Of a stretch of 64,000 nucleotides of DNA, positions 38,301 through 50,332 are shown piece after piece. The notes under the pieces were generated by a model that did not search any database, was not told where the DNA came from, and saw nothing but the letters and a program-made list of their open reading frames with translations. This DNA comes from Laetmonice hystrix. Its lineage: Eukaryota. Position 1 is the stretch's first letter, and every line of letters starts with the position of its first letter. Made by a program: the position numbers and the translations under genes. The stretch lies in NCBI GenBank assembly GCA_965235115.1, contig OZ249436.1, positions 186,001 through 250,000 on the forward strand. The letters are read 5' to 3'.

Positions 38301-39085
38301 GTACCCTTACTGACACAGTACTGTACACCCAGTGATCCCTACCCTTACTGACACAGTACTGTACACCCAATGATCCCTACCCTTACTGACACAGTACTGT
38401 ACACCCAATGATCCCTATCCTTACTGACACAGTACTTTACACCCAGTGATCCCTATCCTTACTGACACAGTACTGTACACTCAGTGATCCCTATCCTTAC
38501 TGACACAGTACTGTACACCCAGAGATCCCTATCCTTACTGACAGTACTGTACACCCAGTGATCCCTATCCTTACTGACACAGTACTGTACACCCAGTGAT
38601 CCCTGTACTTACTGACACAGTACTGTACACCCAGTGATCCCTATCCTTACTGACACAGTACTGTACACCCAGTGATCCCTGTACTTACTGACACAGTACT
38701 GTACACCCAGTGATCCCTATCCTTACTGACACAGTACTGTACACCCAGTGATCCCTGTACTTACTGACAGTACTGTACACCCAGTGATCCCTATCCTTAC
38801 TGACACAGTACTGTACACCCAGTGATCCCTACCGTTACTGACAGTACTGTACACCCAGTGATCCCTATCCTTACTGACACAGTACTGTACACCCAGTGAT
38901 CCCTATCCTTACTGACACAGTACTGTACACCCAGTGATCCCTGTACTTACTGACAGTACTGTACACCCAGTGATCCCTATCCTTACTGACACAGTACTGT
39001 ACACCCAGTGATCCCTGTACTTACTGACACAGTACTGTACACCCAGTGATCCCTATCCTTACTGATACAGTACACAGAGATCCTT
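26303..39085. repeat. 12.8-kb 38/36-bp satellite with higher-order structure, inside LIG1 intron 4
   Basis: Unit ACTGACACAGTACTGTACACCCAG(A/T)GATCCCTACCCTT with palindromic ACAGTACTGT core. Rare variants recur about every 2.8 kb. Confidence 0.97.
27404..27585 (+). mobile_element. tRNA-derived SINE-like fragment embedded in the satellite (further copies at ~33608-33790 and 37386-37830)
   Basis: A-box GGTGGCCTAGTGG and B-box GGGTTCGATTCC; the copies are near-identical. Confidence 0.75.
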
Positions 39086-39493
39086 CCTAGATATCACGGT
39101 CGCCAGACTCACTTGATTTCCTTTCTGGTGACCACATCGGGATGCTTCTTCATCTAGATCCTATCCCCCGAGGCTCTCAGAATTCACTGTAGACAGCAGG
39201 TCTAGCTTTCTTTTCTGCGTCCAAGACTGCCAAAAAGACAAATTAGAAAACTTGCTTCCTGCCTCCATCATTGAAAATGGCGCAGCTATGGACGCGGGAA
39301 CGTCACATGACCTAGCGACGGCCTAAGTTGTGAAGTCGCTATTGATTGGACAGTGTTGATAACAGCTGACTTGCTTATTATTGACACAGTACTGTGTCTT
39401 TTGCCCGTCCAAACGTATATCTTTTAAGTGTACTGGGTGCTCCTTCAGAAAATGGCTCTTATTGTCAGCTTTATACACTTCCTGACTGTTTAG

Positions 39494-39618
39494 CCCGGAA
39501 ACACATGCGAAAAAGGAAAGTTGATGAAGATCCAGAATCAACCGAGATATGTAAGAAAACCAAGCCAACAGATGAGAGCACTGAATCTGGTGGACAGGTG
39601 AAAGTGAACATAAAGGAG
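39494..39618 (+). CDS. LIG1: DNA ligase 1, coding exon 5
   Basis: GTTTAG acceptor, phase 1-0: ARKHMRKRKVDEDPES...VNIKE. Completes GIPYRTTARKHMRKR, comparable to mammalian LIG1 GIPKRRTARKQLPKR. Confidence 0.8.
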
Positions 39619-39871
39619 GTGGGTGGCTAAGAAAATATTTCAGTTGTGTGTGTATTCTATGTGCCTTTCTCAGACATATTTACGCGAATCAGTACAGTTT
39701 CCAATGAAAGTACCATGAGGACCTAAAACCTGCAATCGATATCATGAGATTCCTTTACCAGTTTTTTTTTTTTTTTGGGGGGGGGGGGGGGACTATGATA
39801 ACTTACCATTATATGACAGAATAAAAAGGCTTAAAAGGACGGCATCATCATATCCTTGTCATCTTATCCAG

Positions 39872-39977
39872 GAAACCATGGAAAAATCGATACAAGACGA
39901 AGTAGTTACAGATGAGGGGCCAACAAACAAGACAGTTAAAGAAAAAAATGTGGGAAAAGAAGCAGAAGATAAAAAAG
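39872..39977 (+). CDS. LIG1: DNA ligase 1, coding exon 6
   Basis: CTTATCCAG acceptor, phase 0-1: ETMEKSIQDEVVTDEGPTNKTVKEKNVGKEAEDKK. Confidence 0.7.
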
Positions 39978-40350
39978 GTAAAAAAGAGGCTTTTGTCACA
40001 GATATTAATATGAGATGTCAACTTCTGTAAGGAGAAGCAAACCATCTTTAGTGTGTCATTTACAGAAGTTGTCTGTCACAGAGAATTGCTGTTTATTTAG
40101 TTATTTTAATTGCACCTTAAATTACAAATGGTCTGTGAAATGTTGAGTACTCTTTAGTATTGAATGCCCAATTCCAGTGTGCATCCTTTTAAAATTACTC
40201 TCCAGAGCTCCAGAAAACATGACCTGAATTCATAGAAAACTCATGAAATATTGATAGGCTGTATTGTGCTCTTATTTTTAAGTTTTAAAACGTGAATTAC
40301 CAGCACTGAGCAGTATATTATATTTTACTGAATTTAAATGTCTTTTCTAG

Positions 40351-40618
40351 GACCAAAGAGTTGCAAGACCAAACCCCAAAAATGCAAGTCCCCAAATTCC
40401 AAGAAAACGGTTAAAAATAATTCCAAGGAGTCATCAGAACTAGACGAGACTTGTACAAAGAAATCTAAAAAATCAGAGGACAGGGTGAAAAAGAGTCCTG
40501 TGGTGGAGAATTCTTCAAAGTTGAAAAAGCATGTGAAAGAAGAGCCCAAGTCTGAGACGTCTAGTTCCAAGAGTGTTGGCAAAGTGGAAGGTGCTTCAAC
40601 ATCAAATACTCCCAAAAA
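40351..40618 (+). CDS. LIG1: DNA ligase 1, coding exon 7 (last one found in the window)
   Basis: CTTTTCTAG acceptor, phase 1-2, GTAAGT donor; Lys/Ser/Glu-rich GPKSCKTKPQK...STSNTPK. Confidence 0.75.
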
Positions 40619-40697
40619 GTAAGTCATCTTTTACACTTTAGATCATTCAGATGTGTATCTCTTCCGAATCCGTTTTGTGTGAGAGTGTGCTTTATTT

Positions 40698-41158
40698 GGC
40701 TATAATGTTCAATAAGACAATTACTTATGAAGCTGATGGTAAAGTTTATTATTAGGCTATAATGTTCAATAAGACAAATGAAGAAAAATTACTTATGAAG
40801 CTGATGGTAAAGTTTATTATTAGGCTATAATGTTCAATAAGACAAGTGAAGAAGAATTACTTATGAAGCTGATGGTAAAGTTTATTATTAGGCTATAATG
40901 TTCAGTAAGACAGTCACACGTAAAGAAGAATTACTTATGAAGCTGATGGTAAAGTTTATTATTAGGCTATAATGTTCAATAAGACAAGTGAAGAAGAATT
41001 ACTTATGAAGCTGATGGTAAAGTTTATTATTAGGCTATAATGTTCAATAAGACACGTAAAGAAGAATTACTTATGAAGCTGATGGTAAAGTTTATTATTA
41101 GGCTATAATGTTCAGTAAGACACGTAAAGAAGAATTACTTATAAAACTGATGGTAAAG
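40698..41158. repeat. ~68-bp minisatellite, ~7 copies
   Basis: Unit GGCTATAATGTTCAATAAGACAAGTGAAGAAGAATTACTTATGAAGCTGATGGTAAAGTTTATTATTA. Starts ~80 bp after the donor. Confidence 0.95.
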
Positions 41159-41196
41159 TGTTCTTCAATTTAAAGTTGTAGTAAGGATGTCCAATT

Positions 41197-41408
41197 CCAG
41201 GCCTGATTTTAAGACGCGAACGATCGTTTCGTTCGCGTGTCGTTCACCTAAAATTGAAAGGCAGAGAACAAAAATCCGTTTACCTGGAAATTTTACAAGC
41301 CTGAGATTAACAGGCAAACGGTCGTTTCGTTCAACTGTCAGTTACCTAAAATAAAAAACAGGCAAACGAAAAAAGGGTTATGCAAGTTTCCCTTAAGATC
41401 AGGCCTGG
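41197..41408. mobile_element. 212-bp MITE flanked by AATT
   Basis: AATT|CCAGGCCTGATTTTAAG ... CTTAAGATCAGGCCTGG|AATT. Confidence 0.8.
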
Positions 41409-43364
41409 AATTCATAGCTATGACGGCAAGATGGAACTTAGAAAAATAAAGAGAGAAAACCTTGACAGATCATTCAATGTAAGATAACGACATTTTATTG
41501 ACATACATGACGCATGATACAAACTGGCATTAGGAGTTGGATGTCAAGTTGTTAAAGGTTCCATACTACATGATACGACATGAAACATCAGTCCTCTCAC
41601 AATATAATGTGTGCAGTAATAGGGCGTACAAGTCTCGCAGCCTTGACACATAAATGAGCAGAAATAGCCTCGAAATGCGTCACTTTGGTCCCTAAACGAT
41701 TGTTACGTCACAACTGCTCCATTGGTTTAACATGGGATGAGTAAACACACTTTCAAACATCGACCAGATTTTTGTCAGTTTTGACATCTAAGACATGAAA
41801 TGTGTTCTTTTATACGTAAAACAGGTTGGTGCTCCTGTTTTGTCAGTTACAAGATTGAAAGCGCCCTAACCATGAAATAATAATATTTAGAAGCTGAGAG
41901 TTGCCGGCTCCTATGGGAGTCGCAATGCTAAAGTGTCGAGATTACATGACACGTTAGGACCAAAGTCGGCGGTTCTTGGGTTTTCTCATGTTTTCTCTTG
42001 ACCCACTTGCACACCCTATTGACACAAGCAGTCGCCTAACGTTCAGATTATGTAGAAACAGCACACAGTAGTTAAAGTGTATCTGTTACGGAAATAGAGT
42101 CCTTTGTAGCAACAGGAAGGCCTATATCATATTATAAGACACCTCTGTGTGTTTTTAATATATTAACTTACCAGCGTTAAGAAGTTATTGCCAACCAATT
42201 GACAGTCGTGGTACCAAAGAACGTGGGTAACAAAGTAAAATGGTCAACACGTGAGTCGTCCAGTTGTTTTAGACTGCACTCGGAGATGTAACTTCTGTTC
42301 ATTCTTTGCCAAGTCGGGCTAAAAACCCGAACATTCTACAGCAGTGCTAAGTGCTACTGCTGAAGTCGACCGGCAGCTCGAAAACGGCCGCCCATAACTT
42401 GAGTTTAACCAAATCTATAACGTTAGTTTAACTATATTATATTCTTCTATCTGTAACGAGGTTGAAATGTTCAGCAAGTGACAACTGCTCCGGTAAGGAA
42501 AAACTGAGAAAGTAATCTGAATTAACGTTAGATGTAGGCTTATTTGGGCCGGCACACGTGTGGAAGGAGGCCCCGTCACTTAGGCCACGAGCGGCCGCCT
42601 GCTCGTCAATTCAGCCATACTAGGCCTACAACTAAGCGACTTACACTAACGTTATAGTTACAGTCGGATATCAAGCTTAAAAGCCCTATGTGTAAGTATA
42701 TCGTATAGTTTAACTTCCGATTACAGAGTTTATGTAGGCCTACTGACTAGGCCTATACCAGGTTATAATCAGATGCTGCATCCGATCATGTCAGTGGGAT
42801 AAGGCTCGACGCCAAATGGCAGCTGATTTCCAACGCAAACGAGGGCTGATTTTGATCGACACCAGTCTGCTCTATGACTTTCCGAAGCTAACTTTACCTT
42901 GGACAGATCACGTCTATGGTAGATAGATGGACATACCGTCTATAGCCTATCTAGTACATACAAGTTTCATTGAATCAAACGGTGATCCCCATTCCGCTCC
43001 GATGCCGCTACTGGTGCTAGGCCTAGCCTAGTGCTAGACCCTAACCCTAACCCTAATCTTCGTTCTCAGCCTCGCTGTCCACCAGATCGTCTCGAAAAGG
43101 ATCTAAAAATCGCCTCAATACACAAAAGTCCAATATAGGTAGTTCATGATCAGATGACACTCAAGTTCTCTCCAACCCATTCTATAGATGTGAACTTCTA
43201 CCTTCACTCAGGCCTGTGGGGCTGGGAGTGGCCCCAGGCTTCACCTTTCGTGACGTCACAAGTTCAAAGGTCAATTAACTGGGTCAATCAGCCCGATATT
43301 TGACAGCTCTGTATATCCAAGCGTTTTTATTAGAAAGTATGCACATTGAGAGATTTAAACTTAA

Positions 43365-44147
43365 GCCCCTTAATTGTTGCATGACCAGTTCCCGACTACC
43401 TGCAACGGAAAATCGCTTCCATTGCACGACCACTCGCATGGTATCGTACAAGTGATCCTCCCTGTTGCAAGCCGTTGCAGCCGGTCGCGGCTGGGTTTTT
43501 GACATGTCAGAAATTTAGAGGCGACTTGATGCAACCAAAATTATCTCAGTCCGTTGCACGACCGTTGCAGACGGTCGTGCGATCGATCGCACGACTGTGT
43601 GCGACTGAAAGCTTGCACATGATCAGCCGGAGGTCGTGCATCAGTCGCACGAGTGCTAGCGACCACTGGCGATCAGTCGTACGTCCTGGAAAATGTGTCC
43701 TGCGACCATGAGACTGTTGTACGACAAGCCACATCTCATTGTGCAACATTGTGCGACCACTGCGCGAGTGTATGCATGCATTGAAAGGAGAAGTCGTCGT
43801 CATGGCGACCTGAGCGATCGCATGCTCGTACAACAGGTCTCCCCTAAACGTGCGAGCGATCGCATGCTCGTACGACCAGTCGCACGAGCATGCGATCGGT
43901 CGCACTGGTTGCACGAGTGACGTCAGCTCGCTCGCAATGGATCGTGCAACACTGACACGTGGACGCACGATCGATCGCATGAGCATATGCGACTGGGTCG
44001 TGCAACACTCGCATGTGGACGCACGAACACGATCGCATTAGTGAAAGCTACTGCAATTCACTTGCGATTCAAAAATTTTTCGGACGATCGCACGACCGGT
44101 TTGGCCATTTCGGGCGCAATTGATCATGCGCCAATTGTGAAAGGGGC
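43365..44147. mobile_element. ~780-bp MITE flanked by TTAA/TA, rich in CGATCG/TCGCA internal palindromes
   Basis: TTAA|GCCCCT..AATTG..GCATGA ... TCATGCGCCAATTGTGAAAGGGGC|TTAA. Confidence 0.7.
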
Positions 44148-45139
44148 TTAAGGGGAAATGCATTATCATGCCATAAAGATAAACTAATCAAACGGTGATC
44201 CCCATTCCTCTCCGATGCCGCTACTGGCGCTAGCCCTAGGCCTAGCCTAGTGCTAGACTCTAACTAGAATCTTCGTTCTCGGCCTCGCTGTCCACCAGAT
44301 CGTCTAAACATGTACACTTTAGTGGATCTAACATGGTTTGTTGTTCGAAACCCTTCGATAAACAACAACAGTTTTCGAACAGAGGCAATCAAATTATGTA
44401 CTTTTCCAGTCAAAAAAATCTAAATGATAATCTAAAGTTAGTGTTAGGTTGAGCTCTGAAGTCCGAGTCATATTAGAAATGTAAGAAGCATGACACAAGT
44501 TTGTCATACGGTACGAAAGCAACGTCACATCACTGCAAGACATCACTCCAAGACATGTAATCATGTAGAAAAATATCACGGAATCGGCAACTTTATGTAC
44601 AATAGCACATTGAACGAATGTAGATCAGTCTCTGACAGCGTTTTCTGGGAGACTCCAAGAGTTGCAATTGATTGCATTAAGTGTGTGAAATAGTACTGGG
44701 GGCTATGACTATAAACTCCATACAACATACCAACAATTATTGTCTAGTTAACTTTTCAAACAAAGAACAAAATATTGCTAAAATTGTAGGCTTATTACAT
44801 CCATGTTCACCCAAAGTATTCTATAGGTCTGTTCCCATCACAAGTATTCACAATATGAGTTCCATGACTTTGACCTGATTAATATCTATTCTCAATGGGT
44901 TTTTTTTATATACCATGGCAAATAGCTTCCATTGTATCATATTCATTAACGGGTCTGGAAATAATCTGTTTTGTAAATTCCTCACTCCACCTAATCTATC
45001 CTATGACGATTCCACGACATACAGCAGTATACATAATGATATTTAGACCATCATAATTATTTACATCATAACTACATGATAGTAAATATGACTTCTTAAA
45101 AGACTGCGTTGATAAATCGGGCAGGCGGGCGGACAGGAA

Positions 45140-45401
45140 GGCATCTTAGATGAATGACTCCAACTCCATAAATCAATATTTACCCACAGAAATGGAGGAA
45201 ACTAATGAAATTCAACTTTCCAGCTTTCCTGCTGTCGCCATGAAGCGAACGTCTCATGTCTGGTTTGTTAATTAGATTTCTCCATTTCTGGGTTATAGCC
45301 TACATTTATTGATTTCTGTAGTCTAAGGCCTTACCTAACCTAACAGGCCATGTCTGCATTTTGGAGTCATTGAAATGAGAGATACGTGCTGATTGCTTTA
45401 A
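45140..45401. mobile_element. Internally deleted copy of the 51.5-53.0 kb MITE family
   Basis: Right end ATTTTGGAGTCATTGAAATGAGAGATAC..TGCTTTAA matches 53000-53043; left-arm motifs CAGAAATG..AATGAAATTCA are present. Confidence 0.75.
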
Positions 45402-45800
45402 GAGTAATTAAGACTCTTTTACTCCATATTTTTCCAAAACAGATGTGTTTGTTACAGTGGCCGTCAATGGACCAATCGGCAGGCGGACCGCGATACTACT
45501 AACCCTGTCTGTCAGTGCAGATTCTATATTGTTAAGTTCAAACATCGCGCCGCGAGAAGAAATCTGCTCTGACTATTATAGAGACGGTGGTTCCACCTGG
45601 CGGCTATGGCCGGTATTTGTACACTGTGTGCCAGGGGATTGATGTAGTACCCATCTGTCCGGCAGGTGGTGCTCGTACTGCCTTGGTCCGCCCCCAAACC
45701 AAAGTGTCAATGTCGCTGAATCCATGACGGCGATGTTATAATCTAGTGGTCACCAACAATTAACACTGTAACAAGGCCTTGCCATAAAGACACCCAGTAA

Positions 45801-46497
45801 TGATCCTGATCTCGTGCCCTGTCTGTGTGTTGTGATCCTGATCTCATGCCCTGTCTGTGTGTTGTGATCCTGATCTCATGCCCTGTCTGTGTGTTGTGAT
45901 CCTGATCTCATGCCCTGTCTGTGTGTTCTGTGATCCTGATCTCATGCCCTGTCTGTGTGTTGTGATCCTGATCTCGTGCCCTGTCTGTGTGTTGTGATCC
46001 TGATCTCATGCCCTGTCTGTGTGTTGTGATCCTGATCTCATGCACTGTCTGTGTGTTGTGATCCTGATCTCATGCCCTGTCTGTGTGTTGTGATCCTGAT
46101 CTCGTGCCCTGTCTGTGTGTTGTGATCCTGATCTCGTGCCCTGTCTGTGTGTTGTGATCCTGATCTCATGCCCTGTCTGTGTGTTGTGATCCTGATCTCA
46201 TGCCCTGTCTGTGTGTTGTGATCCTGATCTCGTGCCCTGTCTGTGTGTTGTGATCCTGATCTCATGCCCTGTCTGTGTGTTGTGATCCTGATCTCATGCC
46301 CTGTCTGTGTGTTGTGATCCTGATCTCATGCCCTGTCTGTGTGTTGTGATCCTGATCTCATGCCCCGTCTGTGTGTTGTGATCCTGATCTCATGCCCTGT
46401 CTGTGTGTTGTGATCCTGATCTCATGCCCTGTCTGTGTGTTCTGATCTTGATCTCATGCCCTGTCTTTGTGTTCTGTGATCGTAACTCCGATCTCAT
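45801..46497. repeat. 32-bp minisatellite directly downstream of the C1q stop codon (presumed 3' UTR)
   Basis: Unit TGATCCTGATCTCATGCCCTGTCTGTGTGTTG; copies become degenerate toward the stop codon. Confidence 0.95.
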
Positions 46498-46510
46498 GGT
46501 CGGTGTCGGA

Positions 46511-47070
46511 TTAGTCCTCAAACAAAAGGTACCCGGAGAAGGTGGAGTAGTCATTCAGCAATCCCGAGTCTTTAGACAGCTGAATCCACACATGGTCGTC
46601 GTATTTGAGGTGAAGAATGACAGATTGTGAGCCGGTGCCATAACCAGCGCGGCTATCGCCATGTAGAGGGACTTTATGTTTGTTATTCATCATAATCCAC
46701 GCGTACACGTCCTTGTTGTTCTGCCCCAGTATGTGTGTCATGAAGAGATATGTGCCGTTTGTACGGCACACGAAGTGCGAGGAGTACTCGTCGAAACCTT
46801 CGCCGATGTTGGTGATGACTCGGTCAAAGATGACGGGGGTGTCCTGCATGACGGGGCCAAGCTTCATGCTACGAACCATGGAGAAGGCCACCCGGCGGGC
46901 AGCCTTGGCCGCCTCCCCACGGCTTCCCTTGGGGCCCGGCAGGCCCGGGTATCCCCGGTCACCTCGGTCGCCCTGCTCACCCCTCTCGCCCTTGTCGCCA
47001 GATCCGCCGACGGCGCCCTTCTTCCCACGGTGTCCAGGGGGTCCGAGGGGCCCTATCTGCCCGATCTCAC
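46511..47070 (-). CDS. Collagen-C1q (C1q/TNF-related) protein, last exon
   Basis: Gly-X-Y run [13 protein letters not shown]...GSRGE, then a complete gC1q domain (VAFS..., [54 protein letters not shown]). Phase-1 acceptor at 47071-47072. Confidence 0.93.
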
Positions 47071-47351
47071 CTGGAAAATACAACATTTAGTATGTCATCC
47101 ACTCTTGATGGTGCAGGAATTATGACATCCATGTGGTGAGCTAAACTCGGTTCTGAAAGATTGGTTTCTTCTTAAATTGAATAGGAAGATAAATCAAACA
47201 TGGAATGTCCCTAAACGTAATTTGTGAACTATCCTGTAGGAAGGAATAGTAGATTCATAGAAGTGTTAGTAGATTCATGATTGACATATATTTTACATGA
47301 TTGACATATATTTAGTAGATTCATGATTGACATATATTTTAGATGGCACAA

Positions 47352-48418
47352 GGGTCATTCCATGTCAAATCGACCAATTTTGGAAAATCTTCCCGGGGGA
47401 CCATCTTCGATTTTTTCAAATTTGGCATGCAGTTAGACCTGTGTATTTGCAGTACAATCCTAAAATTTTGCTCCAAAATACCCAACGGTCTCCGAGTCTC
47501 CGATAAGCGAGGGTGGGGGTACCCTGAACAACGCACGTTTAATTCTGAGCCATTTTTAGAGGGCTACCATTCAGAAACTGTAAGAGCTGGCAACTTGTAT
47601 TTTTCCCCACTGAAACTGCAATATGTAGAGAACTGCAAGTAATTAATTAATTGTAAATAAATGTATAAGTTATTTTTATATTTTATTTTATATTATTATA
47701 TTTTATGATTTTAAGTTATTAAATCAATAATTTAATTAATTAATTTAATTAATTAAATAAATGTATTTATAATTAATTAATTAACTAATTAATTTAAAGA
47801 CAAAAATCTACAAAAGACCAACAGTTTAGGATATTTACCACTGTCCAGAATTGGCAACATAGGTAAAATGGCCTCTCAAAATGGGTCATATTTAGCGATC
47901 GGCCAACTTTGGCCACTAGTGGCGCCACCTGTGTCTATTTTTAGAAGATTATTTTGGTGTTTGCATGCACCTCATATAGCCATAAATCAAATCCCCAAAG
48001 ATCAAGAAGTTACAAAAAGGAACTTTTGCATGAAAAATGTTAGAATATTGAATTTTTTTTCTCCGATGTGTTTTTTTTCTATTTTGGGGGGCATGGTGTT
48101 CCAAGAAATAAGCAAAGAATTAGAATGTTATTACTTTTTCCTGGTCTCTACATATTAAAGTTTCAGTGGGCAAAAATATAAGTTGCCAGCTCTTATTATT
48201 TCTGAATTGCAGCCTAAAAACGGCTCAGAAAATAAAGCGTTTTTTTCAGGGGTACCCACACCCAAACTCATGGGGGTATAACATGGGAACCATTGGGAAT
48301 TTGGAAGAAAAATTTCAGAAATGTACTTCAGATATATAGATCTAACTACATGCCAAATAAGAAAAAAATTGGAGATGGTCACCCGGGAGCCACTGGTCGA
48401 ATTGACATGGAATGACCC
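47352..48418. mobile_element. 1.07-kb non-autonomous DNA element with long imperfect inverted arms (Sola2-like GGG terminus, probable 4-bp TSD)
   Basis: ACAA|GGGTCATTCCATGTCAAATCGACCA ... TGGTCGAATTGACATGGAATGACCC|ACAG, inserted in a short ATATTTTAGATGGCACAAGTAAG repeat. Family assignment rests on termini only. Confidence 0.8.
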
Positions 48419-48547
48419 ACAGGTAAGATATTTTAGATGGCACAAGTAAGATATTTTAAATGGCACAAGTAAGAAAACTATAAGTAAATATCGAGGGGCT
48501 GCCAAAAGCTCGGAGTTGCAAATTACCCGGCCAGCTTAGGCTTAGGC

Positions 48548-48820
48548 CAGCCAATCAGAAGCCTCAGCCATTCAGAAGCCTCAGCCAATCAGAAGCCTCA
48601 GCCAATCAGAAGCCTCAGCCAATCAGAAGCCTCAGCCATTCAGAAGCCTGTTAAGTTAAGTAAGCTAAATTACTCAAGGTGAGAATTTTTGGAAAACTGG
48701 GCCCAGATTTCCGGCTACCATTGGTAACATGCCGGGTACCATTGGTAACATGCCGGGTACCATTGGTAACATGCCGGGTACCATTGGTAACATGCCGGCT
48801 ACCATTGGTAACATGCCGGG
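48548..48820. repeat. Two short arrays: 17-bp AGCCAATCAGAAGCCTC and 21-bp CCGGGTACCATTGGTAACATG
   Basis: About 5-6 direct copies of each unit. Confidence 0.9.
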
Positions 48821-49363
48821 TCTATTTACGACCGGGAATTGTGTACGTAGCTGTAGCGGGCGCTCTGTGGACGGTCCCGTCGGCCCCGCCAGGCCCAGCC
48901 CCGGCCCGTGGACAGAGACCACCTCTGCTTGTTAAAGCCTTCCCGACATGGACCGACCTTAGTGGGTGAGGCCAACACAAATACAAGGCTTTCACTCAGG
49001 CATGGAGGCTCATCGTTATGTCAGGTGTTAAAACAGTCCAACGTGCCGCAGTTTGCCAGCTGTGGTTTGTTTTAACAGGAGATGGCGGTCTTGGCATGAC
49101 ACAGGAGAACCAACAAATGGGGGGTCGAGTTACTGGCATTACAGGTACGCCATTCAGGTGTATGTAAGACGATGGCACGACTAGCTTCTACCTGGGCACT
49201 TAGGTAAAGCCACTTCAAATTTCCCATTCTGCATTCTGTATTATCAAATTAAAAGGACTTTAGGGAAAATTTATTAAAACTAACTCATTTTTACCCCAAA
49301 AGAATTAATTGAAATTCATTGAAATTCCGTGGTATTTGAGCACCGTAATTAGAAGGAGTGGAA

Positions 49364-49764
49364 TTGGTGCAGGTATTAGCAAGAGTTTGTGCAGGTATTA
49401 GGTAGAGTTTGTGTAGGTATTAGGTAGAGTTGGTGCAGGTATTAGGTAGAGTTGGTGCAGGTATTAGGTAGAGTTTGTGTAGGTATTAGGTAGAGTTGGT
49501 GCAGGTATTAGGTAGAGTTTGTGCAGGTATTAGGTAGAGTTGGTACAGGTATTAGGTAGAGATGGTACAGGTATTAGGTAGAGTTGGTGCAGGTATTAGG
49601 TAGAGTTGGTGCAGGTATTAGGTAGAGTTGGTGCAGGTATTAGGTAGAGTTGGTACAGGTATTAGGTAGAGATGGTACAGGTATTAGGTAGAGTTGGTGC
49701 AGGTATTAGGTAGAGTTGGTGCAGGTATTAGGTAGAGTTGGTGCAGGTATTAGGTAGAGTTGGT
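49364..49764. repeat. 21-bp minisatellite
   Basis: Unit TTGGTGCAGGTATTAGGTAGAG and close variants. Confidence 0.9.
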
Positions 49765-49990
49765 CTCTTGATTAAAGTTGATGCTATAGGGTGCGCTCAG
49801 AGGTTGTTATAAATATCAGTCGGTGGTGGTAATACAAGATTTTCAATCTGCTCTAGTTGTAAATGAAAAGACCTTATGATTCCTGGCTGTGAAAGTTGAG
49901 ATAGATCAGTTAAATTTGAGGCTGGGAGATGGGACACCTACCGTCAGCTGGTTGCACTAAACGTCACGTGACCACCACGGAGATAGATGG

Positions 49991-50324
49991 TGAGTGAGTG
50001 AGTAGTTGGTGTTTAACGCCCAGTCAGCAGTATTTCAGCTATTTCAGGGCGAGAACAAGGTAACTAACTCAGTGAAATCCATTGGGTGATAATGAGATGA
50101 TAGGAGGAAACCTGGCATTGGGGCGAACCCCATCTCTTATCGATAGGTGCCAAGGGATCTTTAACGTGCCCCTCCACATAGACGTATCGTGACACGGCCG
50201 GCCTTTGATAAAGCAGTTGGTAGCACTGCTTATGCAGGAAAGTCCGGCGCGGCCGCGGATCGAACCCAGGACCCTTGGATCAAAGATCCCGTGCTCTAAC
50301 CACTGCGCCACCCCGGTCCCCCCT
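49991..50324 (-). mobile_element. Full-length tRNA-derived SINE with (ACTC)n tail and 13-bp TSD
   Basis: Minus-strand head GGTGGCGCAGTGGTTAGAGC...GGGTTCGATCC and tail AACTACTCACTCACTCA. CGGAGATAGATGG is repeated at 49978-49990 and 50325-50337. Confidence 0.9.
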
Positions 50325-50332
50325 CGGAGATA

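Noticed and set aside
26303..39085. CRISPR-like array (36-38-bp palindromic repeats with occasional inserts)
   Set aside because: Units are contiguous with no unique spacers, no cas genes are present, and the context is a eukaryotic intron.
48860..48960. Extra collagen exon of the C1q gene (GPGLGLAGPTGP)
   Set aside because: No sustained Gly-X-Y register, and the exons at 62603 and 47070 already join in frame.
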